DNA of 64,000 bases from Gemmatimonadota bacterium (GTDB lineage: Bacteria; Gemmatimonadota; Gemmatimonadetes; Palauibacterales; Palauibacteraceae). The stretch spans positions 30,633 to 94,632 of the forward strand of contig JBDGXC010000005.1 of assembly GCA_039584815.1 (NCBI GenBank). The letters run 5' to 3'. The notes beneath the pieces are model-generated. The model was not told the DNA's origin. It was given only the letters and a program-made list of their open reading frames with translations, and did no database searches. The first letter of the stretch is position 1, and the number at the start of each line of letters is the position of its first letter. The position numbers and the translations under genes are program-made. Shown here piece after piece: positions 25,397-33,462 of the stretch.

Positions 25397-28069
25397 CTAG
25401 TCACCCCGCAGCACGGACGCCGGATCGGTGCGGGCAGCCCGGCGCGCCGGGATCCAGCTCGCTACGAGCGCCGTTCCGAACAGCAAGGCCGTCATGAGGC
25501 TCAGGGTGAACGGATCCGTGGGGCTCACTCCGTACAGCAGGCTCCTGAGCAGGCGGGTGAGAGCTACCGCGCCCGCAAGCCCGGCCACCAGGCCGATACC
25601 CGCGACGGCGGCTCCCTGCCGCAACACCATGGCTCCGATCGCTTCCCGTCCGGCCCCGAGCGCCACCCGAATCCCGATCTCCCGGGTGCGCAGAGACACG
25701 GCGTAGGAGAGCACGCCGTACACGCCGACCACCGACAGAGCGAGAGCAACCGCGGCGAACGCCACGAAAGCCACGAGGGCAAATCGGTTACGGGCCACGG
25801 AATCCGACAGGTAGCCCTCCATCGTCCGCACGCTGTACACCGGCAGGTCGGGGTCCATCGAGCGAACCTCCCTGCGGATTCCCGGGAGGATCGCCGTCGG
25901 GTCGCTCGACGTGCGGGCCACCAGCGTCATGAAGCTGAACTCCTGGAACTGCCTGTGATCCCAGTACAGCTTCGATCGGACATCCGTGCCCGGACCCTCG
26001 TGGCGGACGTCTCCCACGACGCCGATCACTTCGGCGACCAGCGTATCTCCCCACGGCATGGCGATCCGGCGGCCGATCGGGTCCACGCCGGGAAACACCT
26101 CCGCCGCCGTGGCCGCACTGATGACGACTGTCGTCGGGGCATCGCCGCCGTCCCGGTCGTCGAACGTGCGGCCCGCGATGAGCGGAATTCCCATCGTGCG
26201 GTGATACTCGCGGTGCACGGGCCTGATGTCCGCCACCGGCAGACCGCCCGCCTCGGGAAGCGGCCGGTCGGGATCGAAGAAGCTGGTCCCGATTCCCATG
26301 CCGCTGAGGGGGAGGGCAGTGATCACCGCAGCGGAAGAGACGCCGGGAAGGGCCGCCACACGGTCTACCAGCTCCTCGAAGAACGGGGCGCGATCCGAGT
26401 CCGCGTAGACGTTCCCGCTCAGCTGCACGTTCGCGGTCAGGAGGCGTTCGGTGTCCAGACCGACGCCCTCGCCCAGCAGCGTCTGAAAGCTGCGAAGCAG
26501 GAGTCCGGCCCCGGCCAGGAGGGACAGCGACATGGCGAGCTCGGCCACCACGAGAGCGTGACGCGCCCGCACCACGCCGCGGCGGCTTCCGCCTCTCGCA
26601 CCGCCTTCCTTCAGGGCCTCGCCGAGGTCCGGACGCGCCGCCCGGAGCGCCGGAAGCGTGCCGAACAGGAGGGCCGTACACACGGACACACCGAACGCGA
26701 AGGTCAGGACGGTTCCGTCCACGCCCACCTCTCCGAGCCGTGGGATGTCGGGGCCGAGCGCGATCAGGAGGCGGACGGCCCCGAGCGCCATCGCCACGCC
26801 GAGGGCTCCCCCTGCCAGGCCGAGCAGCAGGCTCTCGATGAGCAACAGACGGATCACGCGGGCGCCGGGCGCGCCGATCGCCACGCGCACGGCGAGCTCA
26901 CGCTCGCGGCGGGTCGCCCGCGCGAGCAGCAGGTTCGCCACGTTGGCGGCCGCGATGAGGAGCACGATCGCCACCGCCCCGAACAGGACCAGGATCAGAG
27001 CCCGGGCTTCCCCCACGACCTGCTCGTACAACGTCACCACGTTCACCCGGTAGCCGGCGTTCCAGTCCGCCGCCTCCTCCTCGTACCGGCCCGCGATCAC
27101 GTCCAGCTCGGCGTCCGCCTGTTCCCGCCCGACACCGGGAGCGAGTCGTCCTACGACCTGCAGATACCGGCCCCGGATCGTCGGATCCGTCACCAACGGC
27201 AGCCACACGTCCTCCGTGCCCGTGGAGTTGAAGGCTTGTGGGGGCTCGAAGTCGAAGGCGGCGGGCAATACGCCCACCACTTCGTAGAGATCCCCGTTCA
27301 GATTGACAGAGCGACCCAGCACGTCCGGATCGCCTCCGAACCGTCGCTGCCAGAAGCCGTGGTCGAGCACCGCAACCCGGGCGTCCGTACCGTCGTCGCC
27401 CGGCGCGAGGAGCCGGCCGACGTGCCCGCGGACCCCAAGGATCGAGAACAGCGCCGGCGCCGCCCGCACCACACCTACTCTCTCGGGCTCTCCGTCTCCC
27501 GTGAGCGTCGCGCTGTACGGAACGAACGCCGCCAGCTCGCTGAAGCTCTCCGCCTCGAGCCACGCGTGGTAGTTGGCTGGAGACGCTACGTTGGTCCGGT
27601 TGTCGCGCGGCAGGTTGTGCTCCCACACCATCACGATCCCGTCGGGCTGCTCGTAGGGGAGGGGTGTGAGGACGACTCCGCTCACTACGCTGAAGATCAC
27701 CGTGATCGCGCCGACGGCGAGAGCCAGCGTGCCCACCACGACAGTTGTGAATCCGAGCTGCCGGAGAGACCCGCGAGCCGCGAACCGGACATCCTGCACG
27801 ATCGACTCGAGCCGCGACATCATCCTCCCCCTCCGCATTCTCTTGCGCTCTGTATCCCGGCATTCTCCCCGATACCGCGCCGGGTCGCCGAACCGTCGAA
27901 GTGCCTCGGCTCTCGCCTGGTCAGGCGGCAGTCCGGCATCACGTGCCAGCTGCGCCGCCCGCATCTCGACGTGAGACCGGAGCTCCTCGTCGATGGCCTG
28001 GTCCACATCCCGGCGGAACAGGACGTCCCGCAGGCGAAGCTGCGTCCGGGGGGCCCACCGTGCGCTCAC
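25397..28069 (-). CDS. ADOP-type duplicated FtsX/MacB-like permease (no adjacent ATPase)
   Basis: GTG 28069 overlaps the PadR stop (GTGA). N-terminal soluble extension (EELRSHVEM...RRFG), then two repeats of a 4-TM FtsX domain with large periplasmic loops. Confidence 0.85.
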   Translation of the reverse strand: MSARWAPRTQLRLRDVLFRRDVDQAIDEELRSHVEMRAAQLARDAGLPPDQARAEALRRFGDPARYRGECRDTERKRMRRGRMMSRLESIVQDVRFAARGSLRQLGFTTVVVGTLALAVGAITVIFSVVSGVVLTPLPYEQPDGIVMVWEHNLPRDNRTNVASPANYHAWLEAESFSELAAFVPYSATLTGDGEPERVGVVRAAPALFSILGVRGHVGRLLAPGDDGTDARVAVLDHGFWQRRFGGDPDVLGRSVNLNGDLYEVVGVLPAAFDFEPPQAFNSTGTEDVWLPLVTDPTIRGRYLQVVGRLAPGVGREQADAELDVIAGRYEEEAADWNAGYRVNVVTLYEQVVGEARALILVLFGAVAIVLLIAAANVANLLLARATRRERELAVRVAIGAPGARVIRLLLIESLLLGLAGGALGVAMALGAVRLLIALGPDIPRLGEVGVDGTVLTFAFGVSVCTALLFGTLPALRAARPDLGEALKEGGARGGSRRGVVRARHALVVAELAMSLSLLAGAGLLLRSFQTLLGEGVGLDTERLLTANVQLSGNVYADSDRAPFFEELVDRVAALPGVSSAAVITALPLSGMGIGTSFFDPDRPLPEAGGLPVADIRPVHREYHRTMGIPLIAGRTFDDRDGGDAPTTVVISAATAAEVFPGVDPIGRRIAMPWGDTLVAEVIGVVGDVRHEGPGTDVRSKLYWDHRQFQEFSFMTLVARTSSDPTAILPGIRREVRSMDPDLPVYSVRTMEGYLSDSVARNRFALVAFVAFAAVALALSVVGVYGVLSYAVSLRTREIGIRVALGAGREAIGAMVLRQGAAVAGIGLVAGLAGAVALTRLLRSLLYGVSPTDPFTLSLMTALLFGTALVASWIPARRAARTDPASVLRGD

Positions 28070-28410
28070 GCTTGAACGTCCTGCAGCACGAGCGAGATGA
28101 CCCGCACCATGCGTCCCCAGTAATTCACCTGTTCGCGGAGGGCGCGCTCGCCCGCGCTCGAGAGCCGGTAGTAGCGGGCCCGCCGGTTGTTCTCCGACAG
28201 GCCCCACTCGGCCTCGAGCCAACCCCTGCGGTGCATCCGGTGCAGGGCAGGGTACAGAGCGCCCTCTTCCACGTGCAGCTCCTCGCTCGTGACCTGTTCG
28301 ATGTGCCGCAGGATACCGAAGCCGTGCTTCGGACCCCAGGCCAGGGTCTTGAGAATCAGCATGTCCAGCGTTCCCTGGAGCACCGGGACCTTCTCCAGTT
28401 GAGCAGGCAT
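28066..28410 (-). CDS. PadR family transcriptional regulator
   Basis: MPAQLEKVPVLQGTLDMLILKTLAWGPKHGFGI ... GALYPALHRMHRRGWLEAEWG. GAGGAAGGG upstream of ATG 28410 (alternative ATG 28446). Confidence 0.9.
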   Translation of the reverse strand: MPAQLEKVPVLQGTLDMLILKTLAWGPKHGFGILRHIEQVTSEELHVEEGALYPALHRMHRRGWLEAEWGLSENNRRARYYRLSSAGERALREQVNYWGRMVRVISLVLQDVQA

Positions 28411-28455
28411 CGCACCCTTCCTCGGGGTTGAGTGGCTGGACGTCATCGTCCCTTC

Positions 28456-28472
28456 ACCTAATGTGTTTAGGT
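28456..28472. promoter_or_regulatory. inverted repeat ACCTAA-N5-TTAGGT, candidate PadR operator
   Basis: Perfect 6-bp arms in a locally AT-rich stretch, 46 nt upstream of the PadR ATG, in the divergent region shared with the Tat-subunit/GMC genes. Confidence 0.35.
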
Positions 28473-28592
28473 AAAGATGCGGGCGTTTCCCTAAACTGTC
28501 AAGGGGAAAGCCTCTTGACGACGCCGCGAAACCGCTTGACCACGACTTGAGCGAGACCGGGGACCTTCTGGGCGAGACCGGAAGGAGGTCCC

Positions 28593-29174
28593 ATGGCAAC
28601 ACAGACGAGAACCGGATCAGGCGCCGTACCCCGACGGGACTTCGTCAGACTCCTCGCCGTGGCGGGCCTGGCCACCGCGTGCACGCCCGTCCGCATCGGC
28701 CTCAAGCTGTACCCGAGGGATTTTCACGATCATCCGGAGCTGGTCGACGAGACACTCCAGGCGTTCGTGCTGACCGTGATCCCGGGCATGCCCGAGAACG
28801 ATCCGGACCTGACACGCCATTTCTACGACGAGTTTCTGGAGATCGGCGCCCACCGCGAGTACCTGGCCTACGACCTGTGCGTCCGCGCCGGACGGCTGAC
28901 CGGCGAGCGCCATTTCGCCGCGCTCGACTACCAGCAGCGGGAGCGGGTCGTCGCCGACGGGCTGGCACAGGGCGGTGTGACGACTCTGCTGTACTCGGCC
29001 TCCGTCCACGTAACCCAGATTGCATGCTATGCCGGGATCTACGATGATGAGAAGGGGTGTCCGGTGACGGACTTCGAGGGACGGTTCCAGATTGAGCGCA
29101 TGGCCGGTGTCTTCGACCCGAATCTCGGTTCCTTCCGCGAGATCACTGCTGCCGGATCCGGCAATCCGGTCTGA
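28593..29174 (+). CDS. Tat-signal small subunit of a GMC-type dehydrogenase (gluconate 2-dehydrogenase subunit 3-like)
   Basis: Twin-arginine signal PRRDFVRLLAVAGLATAC. 193 aa. Immediately followed by a GMC oxidoreductase gene. GGAGG upstream. Confidence 0.7.
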   Translation: MATQTRTGSGAVPRRDFVRLLAVAGLATACTPVRIGLKLYPRDFHDHPELVDETLQAFVLTVIPGMPENDPDLTRHFYDEFLEIGAHREYLAYDLCVRAGRLTGERHFAALDYQQRERVVADGLAQGGVTTLLYSASVHVTQIACYAGIYDDEKGCPVTDFEGRFQIERMAGVFDPNLGSFREITAAGSGNPV

Positions 29175-29186
29175 GGAGCGTACATC

Positions 29187-30716
29187 GTGAACAGCTCCCA
29201 TTTCGACGCGATCATCGTCGGCTCAGGATTCGGAGCCGGCCCTCCCGCTCTCCGGCTGGCCACGGCCGGCCTGAAGGTGCTGGTGCTGGAGAAGGGTCCG
29301 GAGATCGTCCCGCGCCGTGATTTCCGCCAGACCCAGGATCCCCGATACCTCCTGCAGTGGCTGCACGGAGTCGACGGGCCGCACTTCGGGATGATGTACG
29401 CCGAGGGTCTGGGGGGAGGATCCGGTTTCTTCGAGATGGTCGCCTTGCGGGCCCCGAGCCGTGCCTTCGAGCAGGTCATCGACGGCCGGAAGCTGTGGCC
29501 GGTCGGATTGGACCGCCCGGCGATGGATCCCTGGTACGACGGGGCCGAGCGAATGATGCACGTCCGGCAGATCCGGCCCGAGGCCGTGCCGGCGAGCGGG
29601 CGGGTGTTCGCGCGCATGCTCGACGAGCTGGGCTACACCTGCGAGCGGGCGAGGTATGCCGAAAGCGGGTGCGTGAACAGCGGATTCTGCGTCACCGGCT
29701 GCATATACAACGCGAAGAAGGGCCCCTTGAACACATACATCCCCGCTGCCCGAGAGGCCGGGGCGGAGTATCGGTGCGACGCGGACGTGACAGGCATCGC
29801 CCGCCTCTCCGGAGGGGGCTACCGGATCGACGTTCGCTACGGGGCCGCCGCGGAAAGCGAGCGACTGCGCACGCCGCTCCTGATCCTCGGCGCTGGCACG
29901 GTCGGAACGGCGCGCCTGCTCATGCGGTCGCGCCGCGATCTTCGTCTGGCGAGCGAGCACGTGGGCCGCAACATCGCCTGGAACGGAGGCACGAAGGCCG
30001 CCTGCCTGCTCGCGGATGACCTTCCGGACGGGGACATGTTCGTGGGTCGGACGCACGCCGGCGTGATCTGCTACGACTTCCTTGAGAGTCACGGCGTCAC
30101 CATCTCCGCCGTCAAGGCGATGCCCCTGATGGCCATGGCATCCCTGAGACTGCGCCAGAGCCCGTCCGATCTGTTCTGGGGGCAGACGCACGTCGACCTC
30201 ATGCGACAGATGCGGCGCCGAATGCTGGCCCTGTACGCGATGGGACTCGCTCCGCCGGTCGCGAGGCTACGCATGCATCGCGGCGGAAGGATTTCCACGG
30301 AGCTGACCGTCACTCCGGATCTGATGGAGTACTTCGGGCGGAACAAGAAGCTGATGAATGGGCTGTTCGAGCGCCGGGGCTGCCGGCCGCTCCACCTCGA
30401 GGGCGTCACCCGCGAGGGGATGCCGCACGACGACTTCCACTGCGGGACGGCCCACCAGGTCGGCTCCTGCCGAATGGCCGACCTCCCGGAAGATGGCGTG
30501 TGCGATCCGGCGGGCCAGGTGTGGGGTCTTCCGGGCCTCTACATTGCCGACGGATCCGCTGTCCCCAGCTCGTTGGCCGTAAACCCCTGCCTCACGATCA
30601 CCGCGAACTCCGAGAGAATCACCCACGGGATCCTCGAGCACCTGGGTGTCGGCACCGACCGGACGACGGCCCGTCCGGCTGCCTCCGGTCCGGTTCGCGC
30701 GAAGCCGACGGCCTGA
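29187..30716 (+). CDS. GMC family FAD-dependent oxidoreductase
   Basis: FAD fold DAIIVGSGFGAG, C-terminal GTAHQVGSCRM ... LYIADGSAVPS pattern. GTG start. Confidence 0.88.
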   Translation: MNSSHFDAIIVGSGFGAGPPALRLATAGLKVLVLEKGPEIVPRRDFRQTQDPRYLLQWLHGVDGPHFGMMYAEGLGGGSGFFEMVALRAPSRAFEQVIDGRKLWPVGLDRPAMDPWYDGAERMMHVRQIRPEAVPASGRVFARMLDELGYTCERARYAESGCVNSGFCVTGCIYNAKKGPLNTYIPAAREAGAEYRCDADVTGIARLSGGGYRIDVRYGAAAESERLRTPLLILGAGTVGTARLLMRSRRDLRLASEHVGRNIAWNGGTKAACLLADDLPDGDMFVGRTHAGVICYDFLESHGVTISAVKAMPLMAMASLRLRQSPSDLFWGQTHVDLMRQMRRRMLALYAMGLAPPVARLRMHRGGRISTELTVTPDLMEYFGRNKKLMNGLFERRGCRPLHLEGVTREGMPHDDFHCGTAHQVGSCRMADLPEDGVCDPAGQVWGLPGLYIADGSAVPSSLAVNPCLTITANSERITHGILEHLGVGTDRTTARPAASGPVRAKPTA

Positions 30717-30728
30717 GCTCCGGGGCGC

Positions 30729-31580
30729 TCAGCGAAGCGGCGAGTCTATCCCCCGGCCCGCCTCGACCCTGGCCAGTAGACGGCCGATCAGATAGTCCCA
30801 CACCGGAGCCGGAACGAGTCTTTGCATCCGCCACTTGAAGCGTGAGGCAACCACGGGGATTCTCGCCGGCGGGCGGCGAGCCGTCACCGCCCGGTGCACG
30901 GCCCGCGCCACGCATTCCGCCGGCAGACCCGTGCGACCTCCCCGCACGGCGGATTCCTTAACCATGGGCATGAGCCTCTCGTACGGCGTGTCGAGGTACC
31001 GATCGAGATCGATCGCCTCCACCCGGTCCCAGATCGGCGTGTCGATCGAACCGGGCTCCACGAGGACGACATCCACTCCGGCGGACCGGAGCTCTCGTCG
31101 AAGCGCATCGGACACCGCCTCCAGCGCGTGCTTCGAAGCGGAGTACATCCCCACGAAAGGAAACGTGAACCGTCCGGCCACCGAGCTCATGTTCACGACC
31201 CGTCCTCCAGATGCCCGCAGGAGGGGAAGGAAAGCCTGGGTGACGGCGATCACGCCGAACAGGTTCACCTCGAAGATGGACCGCGCCTCGTCCAGGTCCG
31301 CCAGCTCGATCGGGCCGGCAGCTGGCACCCCGGCGTTGTTGACGAGGGCCATGAGGGGGCCGCCGTCGAGAGCATGCTCCACTTCGGCGGCCGCGCGGGC
31401 GATCGAGGCCTGATCCGTGACGTCCATCAGGATCGGTTCGATGCCGGCCGACCGGAGTCGGTCGGCATCCTCCGCGCGGCGTACCGTGCCGAGACTCCGG
31501 AGTCCACGCTCGGCCAGGTGAAGCGCCGCCTGGAAGCCGATGCCCCTGGACGCGCCAGTCGTTATGATTGCCCGTGACAT
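30729..31580 (-). CDS. short-chain dehydrogenase/reductase (SDR)
   Basis: TGASRGIG cofactor motif, NNAG, catalytic YSASKHALEA. Confidence 0.92.
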   Translation of the reverse strand: MSRAIITTGASRGIGFQAALHLAERGLRSLGTVRRAEDADRLRSAGIEPILMDVTDQASIARAAAEVEHALDGGPLMALVNNAGVPAAGPIELADLDEARSIFEVNLFGVIAVTQAFLPLLRASGGRVVNMSSVAGRFTFPFVGMYSASKHALEAVSDALRRELRSAGVDVVLVEPGSIDTPIWDRVEAIDLDRYLDTPYERLMPMVKESAVRGGRTGLPAECVARAVHRAVTARRPPARIPVVASRFKWRMQRLVPAPVWDYLIGRLLARVEAGRGIDSPLR

Positions 31581-31737
31581 GGTTCACTTGCCAGCGGTTG
31601 AAGTCGCGCGAGATCCAGTATGAACGTTGCCGCCGTGCGGCGGCAAGCGGAAACCTCCGGCTCGCGTGCCCGTATGGAGAGTCGGCGCCGCTCCGGTCGG
31701 AACGGTGGCCGTGCCCGTCGCGCTAAAGGAGGCGCCA

Positions 31738-32472
31738 ATGAGGTACATGAGGGGCATTCTCATCGCCGGGTTCGCGTGGCTCGCGACCGGCTGCATGCAA
31801 TTCGAGTACGGGATCACGCTGGAGGATGATCTCTCCGGCACAGCGGACATGGACATCGAGATCGATCTGGAACGGGTCGCCTACATGTCGGCCTTCCTTC
31901 AGAACGCGTTCACGGGAGAGGGCGGGGAGCCATCGGCGGAGCAGATCGAGGCCGCCCGGCAGGAGCTCCTCGAGGAGATGGACGAGGATGACTTCAGCGA
32001 AGAGTCCCTCCGGGAGGAGATCGCGCCGGATCTTCCCGATGGCGTGGAGCTGGTCTCCGCGAAGGCCGACCGCGAAGAGCTGGTGACCTCCATCAACGTC
32101 CGGCTGGCCTTCGACCACGTCGATAGGCTGAAGGACGTGCGGCTCGAAGATGACGACGATGGCGACGACGGCGGACCGGTCGACGCGCAGCCGTTCGACG
32201 AACTGGAGATCGTCGATCAGGGGGACGAAGTCATCATCCGGATGCCTCCGATCGATCCCTCCGAGGAGATGGAGGACATCCCGTGGGTGTCCCCCGAGAT
32301 GCTGGAGAAGCTGATGGCAGGCTTCGGGGTGACGTTCAGCGTTACGACTCCGTTCGACGCGGTGGAGCACAACGCGACGTCCGAGGATGGCAAAACCCTC
32401 GTGTGGAAGTTCAACTTCGAGACCCTGATGTCGGGTGAGGCCAAGGGTGTTTACGCCCGCCTGAAGCGCTGA
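31738..32472 (+). CDS. acidic lipoprotein, function unknown
   Basis: AAGGAGG upstream of ATG 31738. Lipobox WLATGC. Very Asp/Glu-rich. Confidence 0.6.
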   Translation: MRYMRGILIAGFAWLATGCMQFEYGITLEDDLSGTADMDIEIDLERVAYMSAFLQNAFTGEGGEPSAEQIEAARQELLEEMDEDDFSEESLREEIAPDLPDGVELVSAKADREELVTSINVRLAFDHVDRLKDVRLEDDDDGDDGGPVDAQPFDELEIVDQGDEVIIRMPPIDPSEEMEDIPWVSPEMLEKLMAGFGVTFSVTTPFDAVEHNATSEDGKTLVWKFNFETLMSGEAKGVYARLKR

Positions 32473-32641
32473 CGCGGTAGGGGCGACGCTGGCCCGGTCC
32501 GGCGGTCCCGGGCGGCGACCGATTGCGACGCAACCGGGGCGGTCGATCTCGCCGGCATGGTTGAGCCTGGAGAAGAGTCGCCCCGCCCACCCCGCTGGCA
32601 GGCGCTCGCCGCGGGTTTACCCTCCCTTCGACGTGCCCCCC

Positions 32642-32669
32642 TTGACGTAGTCTCGTCGTCGTGTATATT
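32642..32669 (+). promoter_or_regulatory. candidate promoter of the TetR gene (TTGACG, 16 nt spacer, TATATT)
   Basis: TTGACG at 32642..32647 and TATATT at 32664..32669; operator copy 1 starts 4 nt downstream. Confidence 0.45.
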
Positions 32670-32672
32670 CGT

Positions 32673-32690
32673 ACCTACCGGTCGGTATGT
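32673..32690. promoter_or_regulatory. TetR operator copy 1 (ACCTACCGGTCGGTATGT)
   Basis: The reverse complement ACATACCGACCGGTAGGT shares 15 consecutive nt (16 of 18 positions) with copy 2. Sits at the predicted transcription start of the TetR gene. Confidence 0.55.
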
Positions 32691-32736
32691 CACACCGAGC
32701 CGACCTGCCGGACTCACTCCGAGCGAAGGAGCCAAG

Positions 32737-33360
32737 ATGACGGCCCGCGACAGGGCACCCGAAGAGACGCGCGATGCCATTCTCACATCGGCATTCGACG
32801 AGATGTACGAGCACGGGTTCCAGGCCGCGTCGCTGTCGCGCATTCTCGACCGAGCAGGTGTCACCAAGGGAGCTCTGTATCATCACTTCGGCAGTAAGAT
32901 GGACCTCGGGTACGCGGTGGTGGACGAGGTGATCGGGGGATGGATGACCGAGCGCTGGATCTCGGACTGCGGGTACGAGGATCCGTTGACCGCGATCGGT
33001 CGCAGCCTGATCGCTTCGCTCGAGAAGGCCGGCCCGAAGGCCCTTCAGTGCGGCTGTCCCCTGAACAACCTAGCCCAGGAGATGTCGCCGATCGATGAGG
33101 GGTTCCGGACCCGTATTGCACGCCTGTTCGGCAGGTGGCGCCGGGGCCTGGCCGATTCGCTGGGGAACGGTCAGACGCTGGGCACGGTCCGCACGGACAT
33201 CGATTCGGAGAAGGTGGCCGCGTTCATCATCGGAGCGATCGAAGGGGCCATCGGACTCGGTAAGAGCGAACAGAGCGAGGAGCTGCTCCGGGGCAACATC
33301 GAAGTGTTGCTCGACTACCTGGAGACCCTTCGTCCGCTGGGAGCCCCGATCCCGGCCTGA
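32737..33360 (+). CDS. TetR/AcrR family transcriptional regulator
   Basis: GAAGGAG upstream of ATG 32737. HTH region TRDAILTSAFDEMYEHGFQAASLSRILDRAGVTKGALYHHF. Confidence 0.9.
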   Translation: MTARDRAPEETRDAILTSAFDEMYEHGFQAASLSRILDRAGVTKGALYHHFGSKMDLGYAVVDEVIGGWMTERWISDCGYEDPLTAIGRSLIASLEKAGPKALQCGCPLNNLAQEMSPIDEGFRTRIARLFGRWRRGLADSLGNGQTLGTVRTDIDSEKVAAFIIGAIEGAIGLGKSEQSEELLRGNIEVLLDYLETLRPLGAPIPA

Positions 33361-33422
33361 CCGGAAGGGAACTCACCCTGCGCATACATGGATGGATACG
33401 GCGTTGCTGATTGCGACACAGA

Positions 33423-33440
33423 ACATACCGACCGGTATGT
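33423..33440. promoter_or_regulatory. TetR operator copy 2 (ACATACCG-AC-CGGTATGT)
   Basis: Perfect 8-bp inverted arms with a 2-nt spacer, 23 nt upstream of the first ATG of the MMPL gene. Confidence 0.6.
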
Positions 33441-33462
33441 ATGAATCAGGACGGGCACAGGC

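Noticed and set aside
25955-28075. 706-aa plus-strand ORF
   Set aside because: Entirely antisense to the ADOP permease gene. Extremely Arg/His/Gly/Pro-rich with no recognisable domain. A GC-driven artefact.
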